From Candidatus Hydrogenedentota bacterium (GTDB taxonomy: Bacteria > Hydrogenedentota > Hydrogenedentia > Hydrogenedentales > JAJRTN01), in assembly GCA_024278275.1 (NCBI GenBank), contig JAJRTN010000039.1, positions 21,030 through 85,029 of the forward strand: a DNA stretch of 64,000 bases, written 5' to 3'. Both the position numbers and the translations under genes were made by a program. A model generated the notes under the pieces. The model was not told the DNA's origin. It worked only from the letters and a program-made list of their open reading frames with translations, and searched no databases. Below are positions 18,728 to 27,732 of the stretch, piece after piece; positions within the stretch are counted from its first letter, which is position 1; each line of letters begins with the position of its first letter.

Positions 18728-21127
18728 TCACGCCGCCTGCTCCGATCCCAAATGGCTTAGAATCTCCGTTGCCATTTCCACATTCATATCCTGTCCCACC
18801 AATTCCGAAAAGGCCAGGATCTTCCGCAGCGATCCGGTCATTTTACGAATATCATCCGTGACGCGCATGGCGATAAGCGACAGGATCTCTTCCGGCACCG
18901 TGACTTTGGCCGCCTTGGCGCAGTGACGGAGAATCTCCATCCGTGTCTCCCATTCGGGCGCTTTCAACTCCGCCACAATGCCGCTGGAAAAGCGGGAAAT
19001 AAGGCGCTGCTCCAATAGGCCCAGGCGGTCGGGCGCTTTGTCACTCGCAATGATAATCTGCCGATTCTGCTGATACAACACGTTAAAAATGTGAAAGAAC
19101 TCTTCTTGCGCCTCCACCCGTCCCCCCATGAACTGAATATCATCCAGGATAAGCACATCCCAGTGACAATAGTTTTCCCGGAAGGCGTCGACGGCCTCGT
19201 CTTTGAGGGCTTCCGCCAGGCGCCGGGAAAAATGACTGGCCGACACATAGCCCACACGCCGGCTCGGGTCGTTGGCCAGGATGGCGTTGCCCGTGGCGCT
19301 GATAAGATGGGTCTTGCCGATACCCACGTGTCCGTAAAGGAAAAACGGGTTGTATTCCCCCCCCGGACGCGCCGCCACGGCCTGCGCCAGTTTGAAGGTG
19401 AAGCCATTGGTCTTGCCGGGAAAGAATCGGTCCAGGGTAAGACTTTCCAGGGGGTGCTCGGACTCCAGCGCCTCCCGCACCCGTTCGTCGGCTTCGTCCA
19501 TCTCGGGATTGCGGCTATCCGGCCCGGTCACCCCGCCAAAAGGCGCCACCGACGCGTGGCGTTCGAGACGGCTTTTACCGAGGTCGCGGCGATTCTGATC
19601 CGCCACGGTCGCCGTTTCAACCAGGTGGGATGTCTGCTGAACCGCCTGCAAGGTGGCCTCCGCAATTTCCGCCAACCGCTTCCCCTGCTCTTCCTGCGTC
19701 TGCCGCGCGGCTTCAAAGGCCTCGCGAACACTCGCATACATGGCTTCAGACAGCGCTTCCTTGGTTAAACCGCTTGCTTCCTTTTTCCCCATGGCGGCCC
19801 GAAGCTGAACCATCATGGTGGCCATGGCTTCCTGCATGGCGCCGGTTACGCTCTCCCGGATGGCCTCCCCCAATGCCTCGGGAGAAGGCAAAGCGGCGGA
19901 AGGCTTGTTCTCACGGGCACGTAACTGGACCATCATGACCGCCATGGCTTCCTGCAACGCCCCCGCGATACCCTCTTGGATGATCGTTGCCATGGCCTGC
20001 CCGTCCGGGGCCGGCGCCGCCGGCGCGGGCTGCACCGCGGTACGCAATTCGTCCGCAAGCAACGATACCGATTCCTGTAAGGCATCACGCATCATGTTTG
20101 CCAAGGCACCCATGTCAAGCGTGGGAGAAACCGCCGGGGCCGCTGGCGCAAGCGACGCCACGGTCTCCTGCATGGAATCGCGCAAAACAGTCGCCAAAGC
20201 ATCCACATCCAGCGTCGGCGGGGCCGCCGGCGCCGGCTCCACGGCGGGTCGTGCTTCCAGGGCCTTCACAAGATCGCCCATGGCCTCCCGCAAGCCGTCG
20301 CGCATCACCTCACCCAGTTCCGCCGCCGAAAAGGCCGGCAACGACGAGGGTGCCGCCGACGGCGTGGCCAAGGGAGGCGGTGGCGCCGGAGGGAGCGAAG
20401 GCGCGGCCTCCATGACCGGCGCTTCTTTCGGGGGGGCTTCTTCGGAGGGCTTGTTCGTGGAGGGCGCGGCCTTGGCAGGGGGCGGCTTGTCCGCCTTGGG
20501 CGGATCGGGTTGCCTGGGGGAAAGGGCGCTCAGGCCCAGGGAGTCCGTGGTCATGGCCGGTGCGCCGCCGGAAGAGGCCGACTCGGGAAAAACCCGATGA
20601 ACCACCGTGTCGAAGTGGTGCCAATTACATAGGATCGGCTTGATCCGAAGATCGGGACACGACTGGCGAACCGCTTCCAGAGCATCGATATCCAAGGGGT
20701 CCACCATGGCAATGGTAAGGATCCGGCCTAACTTGTCGATTGGGATGAGGCCATACTTAAGGCACGTCTCCCTGGGAACCAGGGCCACCACCTCCGGGCT
20801 GATATCGTAATCCAGCAGGCTGAGGTGGGGAATCTTGCACTGCTTCACCACGCAGGAGGTGATATCCTCTTGCGTTACATGCCCCAAACCGACAAGAATC
20901 TGCCCAAGAAATCCCCCGGAGCGCTCCTGCTCCGCAATCCCCTCGTCCAACTGCTCCCGCGTTATCAGATTCTGCTCTAACAGTAACTCACCCAAACGCT
21001 TAGGCGGAGCGGGCGCGGTGCGTTTGGGGGCTCTTTTCACACTCTTGCCACGACTGAACACGACAATAAACCCTGCCTGATCTGGATGCGACCCAATAAC
21101 CCGGAAGACTGACAGGTATTGTAGCAC
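18728..21127 (-). CDS. fusion protein: PilB/MshE-type N-terminal (MshEN-like) domain, Pro/Ala-rich repeat linker, DnaA domain-III AAA+ ATPase (no DnaA domain I or IV)
   Basis: 799 aa as tracked. The 21127 start is a GTG; the true start may be an internal GTG near 21040-21061. N-terminal region RLGELLLEQNLITREQLDEGIAEQ...DPLDIDALEAVRQ resembles GspE N-domains. C-terminal 230 aa are collinear with DnaA domain III (NPFFLYGHVGIGKTHL, VLILDDIQF, RLISRFSSG). Confidence 0.8.
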   Translation of the reverse strand: MLQYLSVFRVIGSHPDQAGFIVVFSRGKSVKRAPKRTAPAPPKRLGELLLEQNLITREQLDEGIAEQERSGGFLGQILVGLGHVTQEDITSCVVKQCKIPHLSLLDYDISPEVVALVPRETCLKYGLIPIDKLGRILTIAMVDPLDIDALEAVRQSCPDLRIKPILCNWHHFDTVVHRVFPESASSGGAPAMTTDSLGLSALSPRQPDPPKADKPPPAKAAPSTNKPSEEAPPKEAPVMEAAPSLPPAPPPPLATPSAAPSSLPAFSAAELGEVMRDGLREAMGDLVKALEARPAVEPAPAAPPTLDVDALATVLRDSMQETVASLAPAAPAVSPTLDMGALANMMRDALQESVSLLADELRTAVQPAPAAPAPDGQAMATIIQEGIAGALQEAMAVMMVQLRARENKPSAALPSPEALGEAIRESVTGAMQEAMATMMVQLRAAMGKKEASGLTKEALSEAMYASVREAFEAARQTQEEQGKRLAEIAEATLQAVQQTSHLVETATVADQNRRDLGKSRLERHASVAPFGGVTGPDSRNPEMDEADERVREALESEHPLESLTLDRFFPGKTNGFTFKLAQAVAARPGGEYNPFFLYGHVGIGKTHLISATGNAILANDPSRRVGYVSASHFSRRLAEALKDEAVDAFRENYCHWDVLILDDIQFMGGRVEAQEEFFHIFNVLYQQNRQIIIASDKAPDRLGLLEQRLISRFSSGIVAELKAPEWETRMEILRHCAKAAKVTVPEEILSLIAMRVTDDIRKMTGSLRKILAFSELVGQDMNVEMATEILSHLGSEQAA

Positions 21128-21551
21128 TGGAATGACACACCGTCAAACAAAAACACTTTACAAACCAAGCGCATATCTCGCACTTTTATAATACGCTTAC
21201 CGGGCGGCCTGTAAGCCTTGGGCAGCAAGGCGCATGTTGTCACTTGACCGGGCGTGCTTCTCCCCCAGAAATGGAATCTCCTGACGGATGCAGGTATTCG
21301 ACACCTTTGGCGCACGGGAGCACGTCCCTGCCGAATTCCCGTAATAGGGTTGCTCATTATCGAACGTGGGGGGAAACCAATCCCCGTACCCGGGCGGACG
21401 GTGAAACAGCAGCGGCGCGGAAGTGGCAAAGGGTTTGTAAACAATTTCCTCAAGATTCCTTACCAACCAACCGTGTCCTTGGCCTGGCCACCGGGAAATA
21501 GGGTAGGATACGCACCTTGCCAGACCCCAACCCGGAAGCATTAGGTACGCC

Positions 21552-24140
21552 ATGCCCAAGGCCCTTGGTGAAAACATACAACAGCGCTTGACCCCCGATG
21601 CCGCCCGCGTGATCCAGGAGGCCATCGAGGGGGCGGGGGGCAACGAGGTTTTTTGCGCGGGCGCTTTGGACGGCGCGGGGCGGGTCTACGCGGCACGGGT
21701 GTTGGCGCGGGGAAACCGGGGCGCGGTAACGGCCCTCTTCGAGGGGCTGGACGTGCGGGACGTGGTCATTCACAACCATCCTTCGGGCGACCTGGTTCCC
21801 AGCGATGCCGATCTGGAACTGGCCGCCATGTACAGCACCCACGGCCATGGCGTGTACATCGTGGACAACGATGTCACACGGGTCTATGTCGTGGTGGACC
21901 CTTTCCTGCCCAAAGACGCGGTGCGTCTCGATCCGCGTGAGTTGGATCGTATCCTGTCGCCCGCGGGACCGCTCGCCCGCCAGATGCCCGGCTTCGAGGT
22001 GCGCCCCCAGCAGGTCCGCATGATGGACGCCATCGCCAGGTCCTTCAACGAGGACGGCATTGCCGTGGTGGAAGCCCCCACGGGCGTGGGCAAGACCTTT
22101 GCCTACCTCTTGCCCGCCGCACTGTGGGCCATCCGGAACAAGGAGCGCGTGGTCATCTCGACGCGTACCATTAACTTGCAGGAACAAATCGTCCACAAGG
22201 ACGTGCCCATGGTTCAGCGCTGCCTGGAAGAACCCTTCACTGCCTGCCTGGTGAAGGGCCGGAGCAACTATCTTTGCCTGCGCAAGCTGGAACGCGCGCT
22301 GGGAGAAGCCACCCTCTTCGAGGACGACGAGACCGAGGGACAAATGCGCGCCATCGTGGAGTGGGCCGAAACCACGAAGGACGGCAGCCTTTCCGACCTG
22401 CCTTTCGTGCCCGGCCGCAACCTGTGGGAGAAGGTCTGTTCCGAAGCCGACAGTTGCAACAAGAGCCGCTGCCCGAGGCAGAAGGAATGTTTTGTCGGCC
22501 AGGCCCGCCGGGAGGTGGCCAAGGCCGATCTCATCGTGGCCAATCACCACATGCTCTTCTCCGACATCGCCATCAAGCAGGAAACGGGGAGCTTCTCATC
22601 CCTCGCCGTACTGCCCGCCTATCACCGGGTGATCTTCGACGAAGCCCACAGCATCGAGGATTCCGCGACGGAATACTTCGGGGCAGACGCCACCCAGATC
22701 GGGGCGAGAGCCACCTTCGGGCGATTCCTGCGCATGGAGCGTGGAAAAGAGCGCGGCCTGCTGCCCGTGCTTCGTTTGCGCCTGGTCAAGGAGTGTCCCC
22801 AGCTTTCGGTGAGGGAATTCGAGGTTATCCAGGATCACCTGGAAAAGCAGGTCATGCCCGCCCTCAAGAATGCCCGCGAAACGGTCCAGGATTTTTTCGT
22901 GGCCCTGCGTGAGCTGGCCGCCCGCAAGTGCGGACAGGTGGGACGGGACATCAAGTGGCGCCTGACCCCGGAGATCCTGATTGAAGCCGACCTGCGCGCC
23001 TTCCACAACCAGCATACCCTGGTCGCGGTGGAATGTATTCGCCAATTGGTGGGCCACTGCAAGAACCTTGAACGAAAGCTGAAGGCCATCAAGCCCGCCG
23101 CCGGGGAAGAGAACGTGGCCATCGACGGCGAGATCGCCATGTTCAGCGCCTACACGCGACGCCTGGAGCGTCTGGGCAACGTCCTCGCCGAAAGCACCAG
23201 CGAAGCGCTTCAGGAAAACACGGTGCGCTGGGTGGAGATCAACGCTCACCGCGAGGACGTCGTCCGCATCGCGCGCTGCCCCCTCCACGTGGGCAAGCCG
23301 CTCGCCGAATGGGTCTACGAAAACCTCACGAGCGTGGTCATGACCTCCGCCACGCTCACGGTGAAGAAAGAGTTCACCTATCTCTTCAACCGCCTGGGCC
23401 TGGACCGGGTGGACCCCGGGCGCGTAACGGCCCTGGCCCTGGACTCGCCCTTCGACTTCCAGCGGCAGGCCATGCTCTGTATCGCCACCGACCTGCCCGA
23501 ACCCGGCGCCAATGGCTTTCTTGACGAGAGCCTTGAATGTATGCGGCGCGCCCTTCGGGCGACCAAGGGGCATGCCTTCATCCTCTTCACGTCCTTTTAC
23601 GCCCTCACCCACGCCTATCGCGCCCTCGAAAAGGAACTGCGGACAGCGGGCATCACGCCCCTGCGCCAGGGCGAGGCCAACCGAACCGTCTTGCTCGACC
23701 GTTTCCGCAGCGATACGGCGAGCGTCCTCTTCGCCACGGACAGTTTCTGGGAGGGCGTGGACGTTGCCGGGGATTCATTGCAGTGTGTTATACTGCCTAA
23801 ACTTCCATTTCGGGTGCCCACCGAGCCTATTCTGCAGGCCCGGGCGGAGGCCATTGAGCGGGACGGCGGCAATGCGTTCACCGAGTATTCCGTGCCGCAG
23901 GCGGTCATCAAGTTCCGCCAGGGATTCGGACGCCTCATCCGGCGCGGGACCGACCGGGGTGTCATTCTCGTGCTCGACAGGCGAATTGTTACCAAGTACT
24001 ATGGCAGGATGTTCCTTGAATCCCTGCCCCCCCTGTGCATCGAGAGAGGGATACGGACCAAGATCCTCCCATCACTGGACAGATTCTTCAACCCGACCAC
24101 GGGCCCGGCCCACGTCCGGGCAGACGAGGAGACCCCATGA
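21552..24140 (+). CDS. DinG/Rad3-family Fe-S DNA helicase with N-terminal RadC-like JAB (MPN) domain
   Basis: 862 aa. N-terminus has HNHPSGDLVPSDAD (RadC/JAMM motif). Helicase motifs APTGVGKT and DEAH (VIFDEAHSIED). Four Cys (CLRKL, CSEADSC, CPRQKEC) consistent with a 4Fe-4S cluster. Confidence 0.85.
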   Translation: MPKALGENIQQRLTPDAARVIQEAIEGAGGNEVFCAGALDGAGRVYAARVLARGNRGAVTALFEGLDVRDVVIHNHPSGDLVPSDADLELAAMYSTHGHGVYIVDNDVTRVYVVVDPFLPKDAVRLDPRELDRILSPAGPLARQMPGFEVRPQQVRMMDAIARSFNEDGIAVVEAPTGVGKTFAYLLPAALWAIRNKERVVISTRTINLQEQIVHKDVPMVQRCLEEPFTACLVKGRSNYLCLRKLERALGEATLFEDDETEGQMRAIVEWAETTKDGSLSDLPFVPGRNLWEKVCSEADSCNKSRCPRQKECFVGQARREVAKADLIVANHHMLFSDIAIKQETGSFSSLAVLPAYHRVIFDEAHSIEDSATEYFGADATQIGARATFGRFLRMERGKERGLLPVLRLRLVKECPQLSVREFEVIQDHLEKQVMPALKNARETVQDFFVALRELAARKCGQVGRDIKWRLTPEILIEADLRAFHNQHTLVAVECIRQLVGHCKNLERKLKAIKPAAGEENVAIDGEIAMFSAYTRRLERLGNVLAESTSEALQENTVRWVEINAHREDVVRIARCPLHVGKPLAEWVYENLTSVVMTSATLTVKKEFTYLFNRLGLDRVDPGRVTALALDSPFDFQRQAMLCIATDLPEPGANGFLDESLECMRRALRATKGHAFILFTSFYALTHAYRALEKELRTAGITPLRQGEANRTVLLDRFRSDTASVLFATDSFWEGVDVAGDSLQCVILPKLPFRVPTEPILQARAEAIERDGGNAFTEYSVPQAVIKFRQGFGRLIRRGTDRGVILVLDRRIVTKYYGRMFLESLPPLCIERGIRTKILPSLDRFFNPTTGPAHVRADEETP

Positions 24141-25504
24141 ACATGGACATCCGTGTGGATATCACCCGCGCAAAATCCGCGGCCGTCGGCAAGGAACATG
24201 GCATCACCCCCGCCGAACTGGCCGAAATGGAATCCCCCGTGCGGGCCGCCCACAAGATCCTGCGCAAGGAGCGCAAGGAGAAAACCTATGGCTTCTACGA
24301 TCTCCACAAGGACAAAGCGACCCTGAAGGCGGTGAAGACCGCCGCGGCCGGCTTCCTGGAGAAGGGCTTCGACAACCTCGTCATCCTGGGCATTGGCGGC
24401 TCCGCCCTGGGCATCACCGCCCTCCATACCGCCCTCACGCCGCCCTTCTACAACGAAATGACCAGGCGCCAGCGCAAGGGTCATCCGCGCCTCTTTGTCA
24501 TGGACAATATCGACCCCGTGACCTTCCGCGGCATGATGCGGATCTGTCCGCCGAGGAAATCCCTGTACGTGGTCATTTCCAAGTCGGGCGGCACGGCCGA
24601 GACCATCAGCCAGTGCATGATCATGGCCGACGCCATGGAAAAGAAGATCGGCAAGGCCGCCATCAAGGACCACCTGGTCGTGATCACGAGCCCCAAGGGC
24701 AAGAACGCCCCCAAGAGCCTGCTCCACCCCGTTGTGGCCGAATACCAATGCCAATCCTTCGAGATTCCCCTCAACGTGGGCGGGCGCTTCTCCGTCTTCA
24801 CCCCCGTGGGCCTTTTCCCCGCGGCCATGCTCGGGATTGACGTGGATGGGCTGCTGGCGGGTTGCGCCGCCATGGACAAGCGTTGCGCGAAGGCCGGTCT
24901 CATGGAGAATCCCGCCTATCTTCGCGCCACGGTCCAGTTCCTGATGGACACGAAAAAGGGCAAGAACATGTCGGTCATGATGCCCTACGCCGACGGCCTC
25001 AAGGATGTGGCCGACTGGTATTGCCAGCTCTGGGCCGAGAGCCTGGGCAAGCGCTTCAACCTGGAGGGCGAGGAGGTCTTCTCGGGCCAGACCCCCATCA
25101 AGGCCCTGGGCGCCACGGACCAGCACTCCCAGGTACAGCTCTACCGCGAAGGACCCAACGACAAGATTTTCAATATCGTGGAATTGGGCCGCTTCGACAA
25201 ATCCCTGCGCATTCCCAATGCGCTTGGGAAGATCAGGGAGCTCGACTACCTGCGCGGCAAGTCCATGAACAGGCTCATGTCCGCCGAGACACGGGGCACG
25301 CTCGACGCGCTGAAGGAAAGCAAACGCCCCTGCATGCGCATCATCCTGCCGCGCCTCAACGCGCACACGGTGGGACAATTGCTCTACATGCTGGAAGTGG
25401 AAACCGCCATGGCCGGCCGTCTCTATAACGTTAACACCTTTGACCAGCCGGGCGTCGAAGCGGGTAAGCAAATCGCCCGCAAACGCATGGGCGGCACCGC
25501 GTGA
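24137..25504 (+). CDS. pgi: glucose-6-phosphate isomerase
   Basis: Start MNMDIRV at 24137 overlapping the helicase stop (ATGA). Conserved ILGIGGSALG and SKSGGTAET segments. The track ORF is over-extended to 24035. Confidence 0.9.
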   Translation: MNMDIRVDITRAKSAAVGKEHGITPAELAEMESPVRAAHKILRKERKEKTYGFYDLHKDKATLKAVKTAAAGFLEKGFDNLVILGIGGSALGITALHTALTPPFYNEMTRRQRKGHPRLFVMDNIDPVTFRGMMRICPPRKSLYVVISKSGGTAETISQCMIMADAMEKKIGKAAIKDHLVVITSPKGKNAPKSLLHPVVAEYQCQSFEIPLNVGGRFSVFTPVGLFPAAMLGIDVDGLLAGCAAMDKRCAKAGLMENPAYLRATVQFLMDTKKGKNMSVMMPYADGLKDVADWYCQLWAESLGKRFNLEGEEVFSGQTPIKALGATDQHSQVQLYREGPNDKIFNIVELGRFDKSLRIPNALGKIRELDYLRGKSMNRLMSAETRGTLDALKESKRPCMRIILPRLNAHTVGQLLYMLEVETAMAGRLYNVNTFDQPGVEAGKQIARKRMGGTA

Positions 25505-27105
25505 GCGACGGAGAACATAGGGCCTTCGCCGAGGAGCCCCGTTTCCCCGCCTTCGGCGTGGGCGGCGATTACGCCGGCGCGCGCCGTTCCCGGCGTGCTT
25601 TCCGCATGTTGATCGTGGCCTGCGTCATTTTCACGGGGTTGCTCTATTTCGTCGAAGCGTTCAAGCGCTACGACCTCAACGAGACCAACTACCGCCGCGC
25701 CCTCACCCATCACCCCGAATCGGCGCGTTCCTTCATGCGCAGCGTGGTCAAGCGGGAACGGGAGCAGCACGAAAAGCCCAATGCCAAGTACATCGAATAC
25801 CTGGCCTCCATCGAGGAGGAGGACAAGGTACTCGCCCTCTATGACGAGGCCTACCGGCTGAACTCGGGCGACGCGTCCCTCCTCATCAACTACGGCTGCC
25901 AGCTCTACCGTGCCGGGCAGTACATCGAGGCGCGGGAACGCTTCCGGGAAGCCGGCATTATTCCTCCGCCCAACGCCCTGCCCCGGTACCTGGAGGCGGC
26001 GGCCATGGCGGCCACCCTGGCCCCCGACGACGATCCGAGCGATACACTCGCACTGGTCGCAAGCGCCAACAACAGCGGCGACCCCGTTCTCTTTCCCGAG
26101 CCGCTCTGGCACGCCAGTCTTCCCAGGCACGGCGAATGGTACAGCAACCTCCGCCGCAATCTCGTTCAGACGGCGTGTTGGCATCTCAACCGTTTCGTGG
26201 CGCAACTCGCCGACCGGGCGGAGGCGGATATCAAGGCGGGCCATGTGGGCAACTGGGATTCGTGGCTGCGCCAACTTCAGATCATGGGCGAACGACTGGT
26301 GGGCAACACCAGCACGGGAACCAAGGGCCTCGGTTCCATTCAGGCCATCGCCGGACTGCACATGCAACGCGATGCCCTGGGGCTGCGGAAAATGATTGCC
26401 GAACGCCGTGGTACCGGGACCGACGCCATCGACGCACGCATGGAAGCCGTGGCCGACGCCCTGGACCGTCTTAAAGCGTTCCAGGCGGACCGGGACAGCC
26501 GGATTGCCGCGCACCGGCGAATTATCGGGCGGCCCTGGCACCTTATCTTCGCCACCCTGGGCGGCCTGTTCGCCCTTTTCCTGGTTTCGGCTTTCCTGGC
26601 CAAGATCGCCGACCCGGGCCGCAAGACCTGGGCCGCGGAGCACGGGAAAATCTGTGGTCCCATCGTCACCACGGGACTTGGCCTGGCCCTGACGGCGCTC
26701 TTTGCCCTCCTTTTCACACGTGACCTGCCCTCCGCCGAAGCGTGGACCACCGTCTTCACCTGGATGTGGATCATGTCCATCGGCGGACTGGTCGTGTTTG
26801 GCCCCATCTACCCCATGATGGTGTTGCCCGGCGCACGACGTGTTGTCGACCTCGCCTCCCTGACGCCGGAGGAAGCCGAGTCACGGCTGGTCCTGGCCCG
26901 GCGTTTCCGAAGGCGGGCCTGTGCCACCCTGGCCCGGCGATACTTCGCCATCCTGCTGGGGGGACTCATCGCCGTGGTCTGCATCTGGATTCTCGGTTTC
27001 CGAATTGTCGAGGGCATCTACCCCATGGAGATGAAGCTCCTCGTCACCGGGCTGGAAAGCCAGGAAATCCAGGCCGTCCGTGATGTCCAGGAAAGTCTTC
27101 GTTGA
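25501..27105 (+). CDS. hypothetical membrane protein (soluble TPR-like middle region, C-terminal multi-TM domain)
   Basis: 534 aa. GTG start overlaps the pgi stop (GTGA). Hydrophobic segments near residue 35 and at 340-500. Confidence 0.6.
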   Translation: MSDGEHRAFAEEPRFPAFGVGGDYAGARRSRRAFRMLIVACVIFTGLLYFVEAFKRYDLNETNYRRALTHHPESARSFMRSVVKREREQHEKPNAKYIEYLASIEEEDKVLALYDEAYRLNSGDASLLINYGCQLYRAGQYIEARERFREAGIIPPPNALPRYLEAAAMAATLAPDDDPSDTLALVASANNSGDPVLFPEPLWHASLPRHGEWYSNLRRNLVQTACWHLNRFVAQLADRAEADIKAGHVGNWDSWLRQLQIMGERLVGNTSTGTKGLGSIQAIAGLHMQRDALGLRKMIAERRGTGTDAIDARMEAVADALDRLKAFQADRDSRIAAHRRIIGRPWHLIFATLGGLFALFLVSAFLAKIADPGRKTWAAEHGKICGPIVTTGLGLALTALFALLFTRDLPSAEAWTTVFTWMWIMSIGGLVVFGPIYPMMVLPGARRVVDLASLTPEEAESRLVLARRFRRRACATLARRYFAILLGGLIAVVCIWILGFRIVEGIYPMEMKLLVTGLESQEIQAVRDVQESLR

Positions 27106-27299
27106 GACTCTTGTGAAATGGAGGAGTTTTTTACGTGCCATCCCTGGGACCGCCTCCGGTCCTGCCATTATCGCATGGCGCGACGGGTCAAACCGCGGTA
27201 CCAGGCTTCTTCCTCCTTGCCGGAAACCGGCTTGGCACCAGGTTCGCCGGCCTTGAGGCTCGGATCATTCCAAAAGGCGTGTCAACAGGGATCCCGTTT

Positions 27300-27650
27300 A
27301 TGCAGTATGTAAAAGTGGCCAAAGTGGGCGATTTTGAGCAAACCCATGTCCGCTCCTACCGGCTCCTGGCGCGCCCCGTGGGGGTGTTCAAGGAGCCGGA
27401 TGGGTCGTTTTATGCCATGGAGGTGGGGTGCAAGCACGAGAATGCCGATCTGACCCAGGGTAGGATCGAGGGGAACATGGTGACCTGTCCGTGGCACGGT
27501 TGGCAATACGACCTGAAAAGTGGTGAATGCCTCCGGGGCACCACGGCGCGGCTGCGGCGTCATGGGTTGAAGATCGAGGGCGAAGATATTTTCGTTACCT
27601 TACGGCCTTTGCCGGAGAATGGCCCGGAAAGCGACGGGGGTGCATGGTAG
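27300..27650 (+). CDS. Rieske [2Fe-2S] domain protein (NirD-like small Rieske ferredoxin)
   Basis: Start MQYVKVAKVGDF. CKHENADL and CPWHGWQYD give the CxH...CxxH Rieske ligands. Confidence 0.8.
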   Translation: MQYVKVAKVGDFEQTHVRSYRLLARPVGVFKEPDGSFYAMEVGCKHENADLTQGRIEGNMVTCPWHGWQYDLKSGECLRGTTARLRRHGLKIEGEDIFVTLRPLPENGPESDGGAW

Positions 27651-27732
27651 AGCCGCCTCGGACCGTAACGGTGGGGCACGTTCGCTTCCGGGCAGCGTGG
27701 GGAGATTTCGTCCGGCGCGAGCCGCGCGGCGG

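Noticed and set aside
21450-22550. 366-aa minus-strand ORF overlapping the 5' part of the helicase gene
   Set aside because: Antisense to the JAB-DinG gene. The sense strand has clear helicase motifs. No SD and a composition-driven sequence.
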